DNA of 64,000 nucleotides, from positions 18,113 through 82,112 of the forward strand of contig JBBATK010000010.1 of NCBI GenBank assembly GCA_040398805.1, written 5' to 3'. Position numbers and translations under genes: made by a program. This stretch comes from Candidatus Kapaibacterium sp. Lineage in GTDB: Bacteria; Bacteroidota; Ignavibacteria; Kapaibacteriales; NICIL-2. This document shows positions 1 through 9,355 of this stretch, in pieces (within the stretch, counting starts at the first letter, position 1; the number at the start of each line of letters is the position of its first letter). Below the pieces are notes generated by a model that made no database searches, was not told the DNA's origin, and saw only the letters and a list, made by a program, of their open reading frames with translations.

Positions 1-411
1 ATTCGTATCGCCGTTCCATCTCGGCAGAAGATGCATATGCAGATGATCCGGAACACCGGCGCCGGCCACCCGTCCAAGGTTCGCTCCCATATTGAACCCA
101 TGCGGATGGAACATCTCCGTCAGGGCTTTATGACTCAGTTGCATCACCGTCATCATCTCCGCCGCTACATCGGCAGGCAACGTCCCGAAATCACCGCAAT
201 GGATATTCGGCACCACCATCAGATGACCCGCATTGTACGGATACCGGTTCATGATCACAAAGCAGCGCTCGGTTCGATGCACGACAAGGTTTTCGGCGTC
301 GTGCTTGGGAGCTGCAGAGACGGCATCGCACAGGAAGCAGGATTCCACCGCCGGCTTCTTCGAGAAGGACTGGATGTAGGAGGAGCGCCACGGTGACCAC
401 AGGTGTTCCAT
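1..411 (-). CDS. HIT (histidine triad) family protein. Partial: start codon at 409-411, 3' end lies beyond the window start
   Basis: Minus-strand translation from 411 reads MEHLWSPWRSSYIQSFS. The minus-strand translation of 31-45 gives HLHMH, the start of the histidine-triad motif HxHxHxx, expected near the C-terminus. Not in the ORF track because no stop lies inside the window. The overlapping tracked ORFs 31-396(+) and 191-448(-) look non-genuine. Confidence 0.65.
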   Translation of the reverse strand, partial: MEHLWSPWRSSYIQSFSKKPAVESCFLCDAVSAAPKHDAENLVVHRTERCFVIMNRYPYNAGHLMVVPNIHCGDFGTLPADVAAEMMTVMQLSHKALTEMFHPHGFNMGANLGRVAGAGVPDHLHMHLLPRWNGDTN

Positions 412-501
412 AGGAGTCGCAGGGTTCGTAATCGAAGGAATCAGACAAAAAAAATGCGCTCGCACCTCAAGGTACGAGCGCATGACTAGGTTCATGCCGG
501 G

Positions 502-1341
502 TTAGAGAGCAAAGCGTGCTTCGATTCCGGCCTGCAATGCGTTGATCTTCCACGAGTCTGTCGACGTCATGTCCGTGAGACCGACGTTATAATGCAACGA
601 GGGAATCAACGTGAGCTTACGGAGGATGATTTCGTACTGCATACCGAATTTCAACGCAAAGCGGAAAGCGCTGGCGTTCTTGATGTCTTCATCACGGATG
701 ATAGCGGTGCGTCCGAAGTCCTCATACCGAATGGGCTTCACGGCAGCGGTATCGGGCGGGGGCACAAGACGGGCGTTCAGCGGCTCGATGAGCATGAACT
801 TCTGCACGGCTTGTTGTGTCATCGCGAAACCGGGAGCGATACCCGCGGTAAGACCAAGCGGGGTGGCACCAAGGTTGAAGCGATACATGATGTCGAGGTC
901 GATGGTCGTGTACTTGATTTCCGCCACGTGTTGCGTGGTCGTGAAAATCACCGTATCACGGTTGTTGACGGCATCACGGACGAGCGACGGCAAACGGTCA
1001 CCGGATTGGGTGAAGCTCGAGGGAAGATTGTCGTAGATGACCCGTGCGATGATGGAGGACTTCGATGTCTTGGGATCACCGAGAAGGTATTCAAACGCCC
1101 ATCCGGCAAAGAAACCGCTTCCTGAACCATCGGTGAAGGTCGGACAGTTCACGTCGTTGCTGAACGACGGGAAACCACCGGAATTCATGACTCTGTTGTA
1201 GCCCACGATCGGTCCCATGTAGATACGCGGCGGTGCTTTTCCGGCCGCAATCGGGCTTACATCTTCCTCATCTTGGGCAAAGGCGTTTTGGCACGTCAAG
1301 CTCAAGGCGAGCAGAAATACACACAACAGACGAAACTTCAT
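502..1341 (-). CDS. Outer-membrane beta-barrel protein. Signal peptide, alternating amphipathic strands, C-terminal aromatic residue
   Basis: N-terminal MKFRLLCVFLLALSLTCQNAFAQ. Ends ...EARFAL. Gly/aromatic-rich amphipathic strands. Lies 9 nt downstream of the giant T9SS cargo gene on the same strand. Confidence 0.6.
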   Translation of the reverse strand: MKFRLLCVFLLALSLTCQNAFAQDEEDVSPIAAGKAPPRIYMGPIVGYNRVMNSGGFPSFSNDVNCPTFTDGSGSGFFAGWAFEYLLGDPKTSKSSIIARVIYDNLPSSFTQSGDRLPSLVRDAVNNRDTVIFTTTQHVAEIKYTTIDLDIMYRFNLGATPLGLTAGIAPGFAMTQQAVQKFMLIEPLNARLVPPPDTAAVKPIRYEDFGRTAIIRDEDIKNASAFRFALKFGMQYEIILRKLTLIPSLHYNVGLTDMTSTDSWKINALQAGIEARFAL

Positions 1342-1349
1342 AATGTCCC

Positions 1350-4300
1350 CTACTTAAAAAACATGATAGGAATTTGAAACTCGATGTCCCTCGATTGCAA
1401 CTCAATGCGGTATAGACCGTCGGTAAGTGAGTGCGTGTCGAAAATAAGAGAATTGAGTCCCTTCCGCAAAAACAATTTTTCCGCTATGGGAAATTTCCGT
1501 CCGAGTATGTCCACAGCATGAACAGCGAGTGAAATGCCGTCGATTTTCGACTCGATTTCCGCATGCAATTCGTCGCCTGCCGGCACCGGATACATCGCCC
1601 GCACGACCACGTCGGCGAAGGCGATATGACGCACGTCTTCGGCACACACGGGCGCTATGCTCAACTGTGTCGTATCGCGAGCACCTGCATAGCAATCGTC
1701 GTGCTCGATCGTTGTCACGACCGACGCTTTTTGCTGCTGTGAAAGCAAGGCAAGACAGGGAACTTCGACTGTCCAATCCTCCGCTTGACCGACAACGATC
1801 CGCTGTTGTGTCTCGATGCGTAAACCACCGGCTGTGCGCAGGACATTCACCGGTTCGAGCGCGCCCGTGGTTCGACGCTTCAAGACGGCCTTGTCACTGA
1901 ACGGGACGAGCATGGAGGGTGGGATGGAGGAGCTGACAGCGAACGTGACGGGCCGGGAGGGCGCGCTGCGTTCCCAGCGACCGGAGTACACCAAAAGGAC
2001 CGTATCGTCCGGCGTGCCTGCGACGGGCCCCAGAAGAGCCACGAGCGCGGATGCCGATCGAGTCGTCACGCTTATCGTCGTATCAATCGTCCACACACCG
2101 GCCCGAATGGTCGTCCGGAGCGTACCGGACCGAATGGGAGGCGTAAGAACGCCCCGGACCGAGTCCTGGGTCCCTGCCTGCACGATTCTCACCCCAGGGT
2201 ACTGGATGAGCGTATCGGAAGAGATGTTCGTCCGAACCTTGATATCCGTCACCGATATGGGCACGGTATCGATATTGACGATGGCGATGGAGTAGCGGAC
2301 GGTATCGCAGACGAAACCCGAGTTCTGCGAGATTCTAACGGTGGGACGCCGTGCCTTCGGTTTCGTCGTATCCGTCGTCGTCGTATCGTCCGTCGTCGTA
2401 TCCCTTGCCCACCCGCGTATGACGATGGTGCTCTCCTTCCGGAAATACGCCCGGTCCGCATCATGACGCACCACGAGAGTCATCGTATGGAACCCCGCAC
2501 GCTTCGGCACGAAATCGATGGCCGAAACGAGACTATCCCCGGATTGCATGACGCGATACCCGCGATCGCGATCAGCGATACGGAACGACGATGCGTCGGG
2601 TCCTTGGATGGTGATCGTATCCACGGTCAGCGGCTCGTTCCCGAAAGCGAGAACCAATCGGGATGATTTCCGCTGCACCGCCCCCACGGCGATCGTATCG
2701 AAATCCACATCAGCGACGGTGATTTGCGGCACCGTGCCACGTCCGCGCAGAGAGATATCTACGGACGGCTCCTTGGCCCGTTTCGATACGAAGCCGAGGA
2801 CCGAGCGATAGCTCCCTGTGGTCAAGGGATAGAATCGCACAGGGATGACGAACGAATCCCGCGGGACGATGATCACGTTTCGTCCTGCCGGCAACGAATG
2901 CAGGAACTCCTGCGTATCTCCGCGTTGCGACGCATACACAAGATTAGCCGTGGCATTTCCCTTGTTCCGGATCACCACGTTCGTGTCGATGAAGGTGGCT
3001 ATGCGGCGGGAACCGAAGTCGATGCTATCATACATGAGCAGCGAGCGTATTCCCTGACCTCGCACCTCACCTTGGACATCCAGGCCGAGCGAGTTCTCGA
3101 ACATCATGATGCGCTTGAGATCGAAGGTATCCGTCGGTGCGAAGCAGACACGTAGAGCCATGGAGTCTCCGGGCGCTAACGTCTTCGGCAACGAGGTCGC
3201 CGCATCGGTTGTGAAGACCGCCGTCGGAAAACTCAGATAGGCCTTCGTGATCGTCGCCGTCCGTGTTCCGCTGTTCGTCACTTTCATGGTCGTGCAGACC
3301 GTGTCGCCGATGTATACCTGACCGAAATCCACGTCTTCTACGCGCATCGCGGACGTCGGTGTGGTACCCTTGACGACCACCCGGATGCTGAGTCCGCACC
3401 CGATATCGAATATCACCGTATCTGTCACCTTCAATCCGCTTTGTCCCTTCGGCAGGAAGCACATGGCGAAATCGATACCTCCTTTGTTCGGAACACGAAG
3501 AGGGAACGGTAACAGACTATTGAGGACGAACTCCTTGGTATTCCCCGCCAGACGCACGGATCGCAGAATGAGCGAATCCGTTGCCGACGGGTTCTGGACG
3601 AACAATCGCTGACAGAGGGAGTCGTTCTCCGTCTTCGTCGTGAACAGGAGCGATGTCGTCTGCGTGAATCGCGGTGATTTGTAGTAGTATCGGAACACCC
3701 GTCCGTTCCCCGCCTTGTCGCGCGTCACGATGAAGATCTGCGCGTCCTTGTACGGATTCGTCGGTCGTGCCGTCCACGTCATCGTGTTCGGGTCGCCGGC
3801 CACGTTCACCGCCGAGAAGTCATAATTCTTCGTGCTATCCGCATCGATGGCAACGAAGGCTATGCCCGTACTTGTCGAGGTGACTACCTCGCGCACGGAC
3901 CCCGTGAGCACGCCGCACGACACAGCGTACGAGAACTGCGGCGCAAGCGTATCGCTCTTTCCGGCAATGGTTGCGAACCCTAGCGTATGCGCGTAGGAAT
4001 CCGTGTAGCCCATACCATATAAAGTTCCGGTGAAGAACCCCGTGTCGCAGGTGATCTCATGTTTGCCGGGAGAAATGGGGATGACCGCCCAGAAGAACGG
4101 CGATGAGCGGAACTTGGCGGTCAAAATCTCGGGGGCGATGCTCTTGCCGATGTTCACTCCGTCCAGCTTCAAGGAGGTGCGCGCAAGCGAATCACACATG
4201 AGATTGACGAAGTGTCTCTGATACTGCGTAGCGAAAGCCGGCTCTCCAAGGTTGAACGGAGCTTGGAAGACACTTCGCGTGATGTATTTGTCCGTGGGTG

Positions 4301-5405
4301 CGATGATCGTGAGCGAGGGGTCGTATCCCGACGAACCGCCCACCGAGCCCGTGAGCATGTATTGACCGATGGTCACGGGCTTGTCGGCCCGGATCCACGC
4401 GGGTGAATTCACGCCGCTCATTGTCTGTATGTCGCCGGCGTTGGTCAGCATATACGAGAAATCCTGCCTCTCCGTGTACACGCTGATCCTTGTATTCGGT
4501 TGCGTGGCGACGATGCGGATGATATCGCCGACGGGTATCCTGGCGTCCGTATAGAACGGCGTCGTGAAGTACTCGTTCGTCAGGGTCTGGTCCGGCATGA
4601 GCCACTCCGCAAGATGGTCCTTGCTGTCCGCCGTCGTGACAAGTCCTTGAGGGACCGACGTGCGCGCGTGACCCGAGATGACGGCAATGGGACGGTTAGC
4701 GCGGATAAAACTGCCGGTAAGATCGCCGAGTTTGGGGGCGATGGGAGCGGACTTCACCAGGTAACACTGGCCTCTTTGCAAGGTGATTCTGCGTAGTTGC
4801 CCCGCCGGTATGCCGCCTTCGCTCGGCGCGGTGAGCAGAAGATCCACTGAGGTGTTGTCTTCGGAGGCCATGACGAGGAACTCGCTTTGGCGGATCTCCG
4901 ACGGTGGTATGCCCGTCGTATCCGTACCGAAACCGTATGCATCGTTCGGCATGCTCAATACCGTGTATTGCGTACCCCAGTTCGATACCGGTATCACTGC
5001 GTAGGAATCCGAGGTGGTGAACTGCGAGTTCATGGCATAGACGGCGATGGGAACGTCCGACGTGACGCGCACAAGGTTCGGCTTGACCACCTCGCTTTCA
5101 CGCATCTCCAGGATCGACGGAACGACAAGCGCGAGGGTGGAATTCGCAGAGATCGCATACGGGGTGGCGGAGCCGCCGGGGAATTGCACGGACACTTTGG
5201 CGGGCAACGACGTGGCGATGACCAAGCGCAGACGCAGGCCGGACGATTGGATGAAGTTCTCGTTCTGCATGTAGCCGACAAGGAAATCATATCCTTCGAA
5301 CGAGGAACCGCGCCGCTGCGCAAGCGAGTCCGTGAACTGCGCCGACACATGGCCGGCACACAGCCATATCGCAAGGACCGCCACTATGATTCGGATTCGT
5401 ACCAT
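1350..5405 (-). CDS. Giant secreted T9SS cargo protein A (1351 aa): signal peptide, IgGFc-binding-like N-domain, ASH/DUF1573-like repeats, type-A T9SS C-terminal sorting domain
   Basis: Signal peptide MVRIRIIVAVLAIWLCAGHVSAQ. N-region alignable by eye to protein B (IRIVATQPNTRISVYT vs IRIVATEDNTIVYTKT; GQYMLTGSV vs VGQYGKAW). Repeats start VDFGQVYIG, IDFGSRRIA, VDFDTIAVG. C-terminus ...DGLYRIELQSRDIEFQIPIMFFK is CTD-like. Confidence 0.8.
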   Translation of the reverse strand: MVRIRIIVAVLAIWLCAGHVSAQFTDSLAQRRGSSFEGYDFLVGYMQNENFIQSSGLRLRLVIATSLPAKVSVQFPGGSATPYAISANSTLALVVPSILEMRESEVVKPNLVRVTSDVPIAVYAMNSQFTTSDSYAVIPVSNWGTQYTVLSMPNDAYGFGTDTTGIPPSEIRQSEFLVMASEDNTSVDLLLTAPSEGGIPAGQLRRITLQRGQCYLVKSAPIAPKLGDLTGSFIRANRPIAVISGHARTSVPQGLVTTADSKDHLAEWLMPDQTLTNEYFTTPFYTDARIPVGDIIRIVATQPNTRISVYTERQDFSYMLTNAGDIQTMSGVNSPAWIRADKPVTIGQYMLTGSVGGSSGYDPSLTIIAPTDKYITRSVFQAPFNLGEPAFATQYQRHFVNLMCDSLARTSLKLDGVNIGKSIAPEILTAKFRSSPFFWAVIPISPGKHEITCDTGFFTGTLYGMGYTDSYAHTLGFATIAGKSDTLAPQFSYAVSCGVLTGSVREVVTSTSTGIAFVAIDADSTKNYDFSAVNVAGDPNTMTWTARPTNPYKDAQIFIVTRDKAGNGRVFRYYYKSPRFTQTTSLLFTTKTENDSLCQRLFVQNPSATDSLILRSVRLAGNTKEFVLNSLLPFPLRVPNKGGIDFAMCFLPKGQSGLKVTDTVIFDIGCGLSIRVVVKGTTPTSAMRVEDVDFGQVYIGDTVCTTMKVTNSGTRTATITKAYLSFPTAVFTTDAATSLPKTLAPGDSMALRVCFAPTDTFDLKRIMMFENSLGLDVQGEVRGQGIRSLLMYDSIDFGSRRIATFIDTNVVIRNKGNATANLVYASQRGDTQEFLHSLPAGRNVIIVPRDSFVIPVRFYPLTTGSYRSVLGFVSKRAKEPSVDISLRGRGTVPQITVADVDFDTIAVGAVQRKSSRLVLAFGNEPLTVDTITIQGPDASSFRIADRDRGYRVMQSGDSLVSAIDFVPKRAGFHTMTLVVRHDADRAYFRKESTIVIRGWARDTTTDDTTTTDTTKPKARRPTVRISQNSGFVCDTVRYSIAIVNIDTVPISVTDIKVRTNISSDTLIQYPGVRIVQAGTQDSVRGVLTPPIRSGTLRTTIRAGVWTIDTTISVTTRSASALVALLGPVAGTPDDTVLLVYSGRWERSAPSRPVTFAVSSSIPPSMLVPFSDKAVLKRRTTGALEPVNVLRTAGGLRIETQQRIVVGQAEDWTVEVPCLALLSQQQKASVVTTIEHDDCYAGARDTTQLSIAPVCAEDVRHIAFADVVVRAMYPVPAGDELHAEIESKIDGISLAVHAVDILGRKFPIAEKLFLRKGLNSLIFDTHSLTDGLYRIELQSRDIEFQIPIMFFK

Positions 5406-5476
5406 GCTCGTGTTCGTCGCTCTTGACTGTGTTCAACGCCATCGCCGAAGGAAGCGCTCCGGCATATACCACACCA

Positions 5477-7069
5477 TCAGGGCTTTCTCGGAGGCAGCGG
5501 TACCATGGGAGATTCCGCGGCACCGGATGGGGACGTCCCACTTCCCGATTCGCATCGACGGCGTATCTCCGCCTCCTTCTGCAGGCTCGGTCCAAGGAGC
5601 GCTTTCGCGGGACGCGTACCGATGTCCTTGTAGGAAGGAAGATAATACCGTACCACCCCATCGCCAATGACATTCTCGGGGTAATACTCGCTCGATACCC
5701 CGCTCCGCCAGATGATGGAATCGACCGCGCCCGCGGAAAAAAGGATGACGAGCGAATCGCACGCCGTGCGTGAGGCTCCGGAGGGACCGTCATCGCCTTG
5801 CATGAAGTAGAGACTGGCGGCGTTCCTCACTCCCGATATGCCTCGGACGGTATCGTCCTTCACGGTGATATGGATGGACTCCGCTGCGATCTGCTGCGAC
5901 CTGCTTCCCGATGCCGAATCTTTCAACAAAAGGAATGCCGTCCCGGCGGCATGCACCGCCCGCAATTGTCTCGTCGTAAAATCCACATCGATGGAGTCCG
6001 CATGCAACGACAGCGAATCCGCCCACAATCGGGGCTCCCCTCGAAGCATGAACGTCTCCGCCGTGGCATCATACCGACTGGTGGAAGATCTTGTTGCCAA
6101 CCGTCCGCGAACGATTTCCACGTCGCCCTGCGCGTCGTACCGTTCATGCGATGGCCGACGAAAAGCTTCCATCCTTTGCGCGCGAATCGTCAGGGTGTCC
6201 ACCGCACGCTGCGCTCCCTCCCGTCTCGTATCCGAGCGGGACGTCGTGTCCGTCACCACAGGCACCGCGGGCTGCATCGTATTCGTCCGCTTCCTTCCTT
6301 TGCGCTGACGCTCCCTTGGTACCGCTCCCGTCGTCGAAACCGAGACCGTATCCCTCGTGGTCGTTCCGCCGGCAACCTGCCCTTGCGACGTCTGTGGTAG
6401 CGATGCCTGTTGTTGCGCTGCGGTATCCGTCTGCTCGAGCAGAGCGTGCCCGTCGATACGCGAGTAGGCATCGGCGGGACGATTGTAGGCGCTATCGCCG
6501 GCAAGGATGACGGCGGACTTCTTGTTCCGCACCACCACGTCGCCCCATGCCCAGCTCTCCTGGGAGGTGCGGGAATACCGACCTTGCTCGGCGGTGATGC
6601 GCAACGAATCGTCGTCGATGAACACACCGCTCATGAATTCGACGATGGCGGTGGTGGTATTGTACATGCCATCCGGGGCACGAAGGTTCATGGAGCGGTC
6701 CAGGATGCGGACGCCGCCCGAACCCGTGGCGATCCCCTTCATGCCGTCGTATTCACCCCGCGGCATCATCATGGTCATGGTCCCTTGGATGATCCTCACC
6801 GAGCCGCGAAGCAGCACCGTATTCGCCACGGGAAAATGCGTTGCGCGGTCGCAATACACCGTCACATCGCCATGAACAAGGTGCACCCTTCCCGTCAATT
6901 CGCGCACGCCGACGGAGTCCACCGTACTCACTCTGTACTCATCCGCATAAACCAGCACGATGGGGTCGCCATTGGTAGGCGTCATGGCGCATGCCGCATG
7001 CGCAAGGCATGCGGACGCCGCCACGATCGCGGCGATACGGCACAAGGACATGAGGAGACGGGGAAGCAT
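5477..7069 (-). CDS. OstA/LptA-like domain protein with two OstA-like beta-jellyroll regions and a low-complexity linker; signal peptide
   Basis: LVYADEYRVSTVDSVGVRELTGRVHLVHGDVTVYCDRATHFPVANTVLLRGSVRI is an LptA/OstA_N-like pattern. A second copy follows: ...VHAAGTAFLLLKDSASG...IHITVKDDTVRGI. Start set at MLPRLLMSLCRIAAIVAASACLAHAACA; the ORF-track start at 7129 is probably an N-terminal over-extension. Confidence 0.55.
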   Translation of the reverse strand: MLPRLLMSLCRIAAIVAASACLAHAACAMTPTNGDPIVLVYADEYRVSTVDSVGVRELTGRVHLVHGDVTVYCDRATHFPVANTVLLRGSVRIIQGTMTMMMPRGEYDGMKGIATGSGGVRILDRSMNLRAPDGMYNTTTAIVEFMSGVFIDDDSLRITAEQGRYSRTSQESWAWGDVVVRNKKSAVILAGDSAYNRPADAYSRIDGHALLEQTDTAAQQQASLPQTSQGQVAGGTTTRDTVSVSTTGAVPRERQRKGRKRTNTMQPAVPVVTDTTSRSDTRREGAQRAVDTLTIRAQRMEAFRRPSHERYDAQGDVEIVRGRLATRSSTSRYDATAETFMLRGEPRLWADSLSLHADSIDVDFTTRQLRAVHAAGTAFLLLKDSASGSRSQQIAAESIHITVKDDTVRGISGVRNAASLYFMQGDDGPSGASRTACDSLVILFSAGAVDSIIWRSGVSSEYYPENVIGDGVVRYYLPSYKDIGTRPAKALLGPSLQKEAEIRRRCESGSGTSPSGAAESPMVPLPPRKP

Positions 7070-7210
7070 TGCGCAAGTTACGACGGTCGAAATGGTGCAA
7101 TGGCGCAGGAACATTTTTTTTCGGCACACTCATCGTGCCCGTAGATTCGTCGTGTTCAGAGTGCGTCGGAACGCACGTGCCGGTGAACCGACATCTTTTC
7201 CCTCTCGTCC

Positions 7211-8527
7211 ATGTATACCGAATCGACAAAGCTTCAACAGGAAACCGCGATCGTCATCTCCGTGGGGCGAAAAGGTGAGGACCGAGCTCTCGTCCGCGAG
7301 CATCTCGAAGAACTCGTCTTTCTGGCGGAAACGGCACAGGTATTCGTTGCGGAGACGATGATCCAGGAACGCGTCTCGCCGGACGTGGCCACCTACATCG
7401 GCAAGGGGAAGGTCCAGGAACTCAAGGAACTCGTGGAACAGCACGATGCCCACGTCGTCCTTGCCGACGACGAACTATCGCCCGTACAGATACGGAATCT
7501 GGAACGCGAACTGAATGTGAAAGTGCTCGACCGCAGCGCTCTGATCCTCGACATCTTCGCCACGCGCGCACGGTCCCTGGAGGCCAAGACCCAGGTGGAG
7601 CTAGCGCAGTTGCAATATCTCATGCCGCGCCTTTCACGCATGTGGACACACCTTTCCAAGCAGTACGGGGGTGTCGGCACGAAGGGGCCGGGAGAAACCC
7701 AGATAGAAAGCGACCGCCGGATGATCCGCTATCGCATCCAGCGGCTGAAAGAGAAACTGCGTGACATCGACGTCCAACGGAAAGAACAACGGAAACAGCG
7801 GGGAGCGCTCACGCGCTTCGCCCTTATCGGTTATACGAATGCGGGTAAATCCACGCTCATGAACGTGATGACGGATGCCAAGGTGTACACGGAAGACCAG
7901 CTCTTCGCCACCTTGGACACGACAGTACGCCAACTTGAACTGCCTGCGGGCACCATCGCTTTGCTCTCCGACACCGTCGGGTTCATTCGTAAGCTTCCCG
8001 CACACCTCATCGCGTCGTTCCGTTCCACCCTGGCGGAGTCCATGGAAGCGGACATGCTCATCCATGTCGTGGATGTCAGCCACCCTGCCTTCGCGGAACA
8101 CATGGCGGTGGTCGATGAGACCCTGAAAGAACTTCATGCCGAGCAGAAACCGCTCGTGCTCGTGTTCAACAAGGTTGATGCGGTGGAGGATAAGGACCTG
8201 CTAGAAACGCTCGCGCATGAGTATCCCGATGCCATCCAGCTATCGGCGCAAAAAGGACTCAACGTCCGGTCGCTTCTTCGCCGCATGCAGGAATTCTGCG
8301 ACTCCTGCGCCGATGTCGTGGAACTCTTTCTTCCCTTCTCCGCCATGAACAAGGTGGCGGCGCTATATACGACGGCGGAAGTGATCGAGCGTCGGGATGA
8401 GGACGAAGGCGTGTACATGAAGGTGCGGGTACCGCCACCTCAACAGAAATTGATGGAATCGACGTATGGCGAGTATATTCGTGCACACGAGACGGCCGAG
8501 CCGGCTGTCGTCAACGTGGATGCCTGA
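7211..8527 (+). CDS. hflX: GTPase HflX
   Basis: G1 motif GYTNAGKST, DTVGF, NKVD. Length and N-terminal HflX domain are typical. Confidence 0.9.
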   Translation: MYTESTKLQQETAIVISVGRKGEDRALVREHLEELVFLAETAQVFVAETMIQERVSPDVATYIGKGKVQELKELVEQHDAHVVLADDELSPVQIRNLERELNVKVLDRSALILDIFATRARSLEAKTQVELAQLQYLMPRLSRMWTHLSKQYGGVGTKGPGETQIESDRRMIRYRIQRLKEKLRDIDVQRKEQRKQRGALTRFALIGYTNAGKSTLMNVMTDAKVYTEDQLFATLDTTVRQLELPAGTIALLSDTVGFIRKLPAHLIASFRSTLAESMEADMLIHVVDVSHPAFAEHMAVVDETLKELHAEQKPLVLVFNKVDAVEDKDLLETLAHEYPDAIQLSAQKGLNVRSLLRRMQEFCDSCADVVELFLPFSAMNKVAALYTTAEVIERRDEDEGVYMKVRVPPPQQKLMESTYGEYIRAHETAEPAVVNVDA

Positions 8528-8575
8528 CCCTCCGTCAGGTTATGGACGTCCTTCTTCTCTTCGTAAACAGCGCTC

Positions 8576-8740
8576 ATGAACTTCGTGTATCTGATCATCG
8601 TCACCGTGCTCGTGTTTTTCGTCACGGTCGCCCTCGTCGTCATCGGACAAGAAATCAGCGTGTTGCTGGCCATCGCGTTGTTCGCCGGACTCGTCTACGG
8701 CTCGCTCAAGCTCGTGTCGCGCCGACTGACGAAGCTCTGA
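8576..8740 (+). CDS. Small hydrophobic membrane protein (54 aa), not present in the ORF track
   Basis: ATG at 8576, TGA at 8738. Translation MNFVYLIIVTVLVFFVTVALVVIGQEISVLLAIALFAGLVYGSLKLVSRRLTKL has two predicted transmembrane helices and GC-rich third positions like neighbouring genes. Confidence 0.35.
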   Translation: MNFVYLIIVTVLVFFVTVALVVIGQEISVLLAIALFAGLVYGSLKLVSRRLTKL

Positions 8741-8742
8741 CG

Positions 8743-9228
8743 TCAGACCTTTTGACCGCATCGCACGACGAACACGGGACACACCGCTTTGCGCAAAACC
8801 TGTTCCGTGGTGCTTCCCAGCACAAGGTGGTTCAACCCTGAGCGCCCGTGGGTGGAGAGGCAAATCATCGAGATATCAAGAGCCGCCGCGTACTCCGCTA
8901 TGACGTCCGACGGACGTCCCTCCCGGATCGCCCACTCCACCGCCAACCCCTCCGCCTTGAGGTCGCTCACCAGATTTGCCATGCGCTCCGTGGCCTGACC
9001 GCGCAGGCTTTGCATGACATCGAAATACACCGACTGCTCTATTCCGTCCGAACCCGAGAACAGTTCGAGTGGCTCGACCACGTATAAGAGATGGAGCGTG
9101 GAGGAGTACCGCTTCGCCAAGTCTACCGCATACGCGCGCGCATGCATCGAACATTCGGAGAAGTCCACCGGAAAAAGGATGGACGGGTAGGTTTTCTGTT
9201 CAGATGGCATGTCGGTTCTTCCTTTCAA
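8743..9228 (-). CDS. Universal stress protein (UspA family)
   Basis: ILFPVDFSECS...LLYVVEP...GSTTEQVLRKAVCPVFVV is the UspA ATP-binding fold pattern. Confidence 0.8.
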   Translation of the reverse strand: MKGRTDMPSEQKTYPSILFPVDFSECSMHARAYAVDLAKRYSSTLHLLYVVEPLELFSGSDGIEQSVYFDVMQSLRGQATERMANLVSDLKAEGLAVEWAIREGRPSDVIAEYAAALDISMICLSTHGRSGLNHLVLGSTTEQVLRKAVCPVFVVRCGQKV

Positions 9229-9355
9229 TGATACAAATCCATGTCTCGCGTTTCATCGCCGTCATCACCGTCCTGCATTCTCGTTGAGGACCTCCCTCGA
9301 AGGTGTTCCTTGGAGGACTTCCCTTGTTCGTGACGTCCGTCAGGCGCGCGCCGGC

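Noticed and set aside
31-448. Tracked ORFs 31-396(+) and 191-448(-)
   Set aside because: Both are overlapped by a minus-strand frame that encodes a clear HIT-family protein with the HxHxH motif. Their own translations are His/Arg-rich nonsense.
502-1341. Calling the beta-barrel a PorP/SprF-family T9SS protein
   Set aside because: The mature N-terminus lacks the conserved PorP/SprF N-terminal motif as I recall it. I keep it as a generic outer-membrane beta-barrel and discuss the possibility only as a finding.
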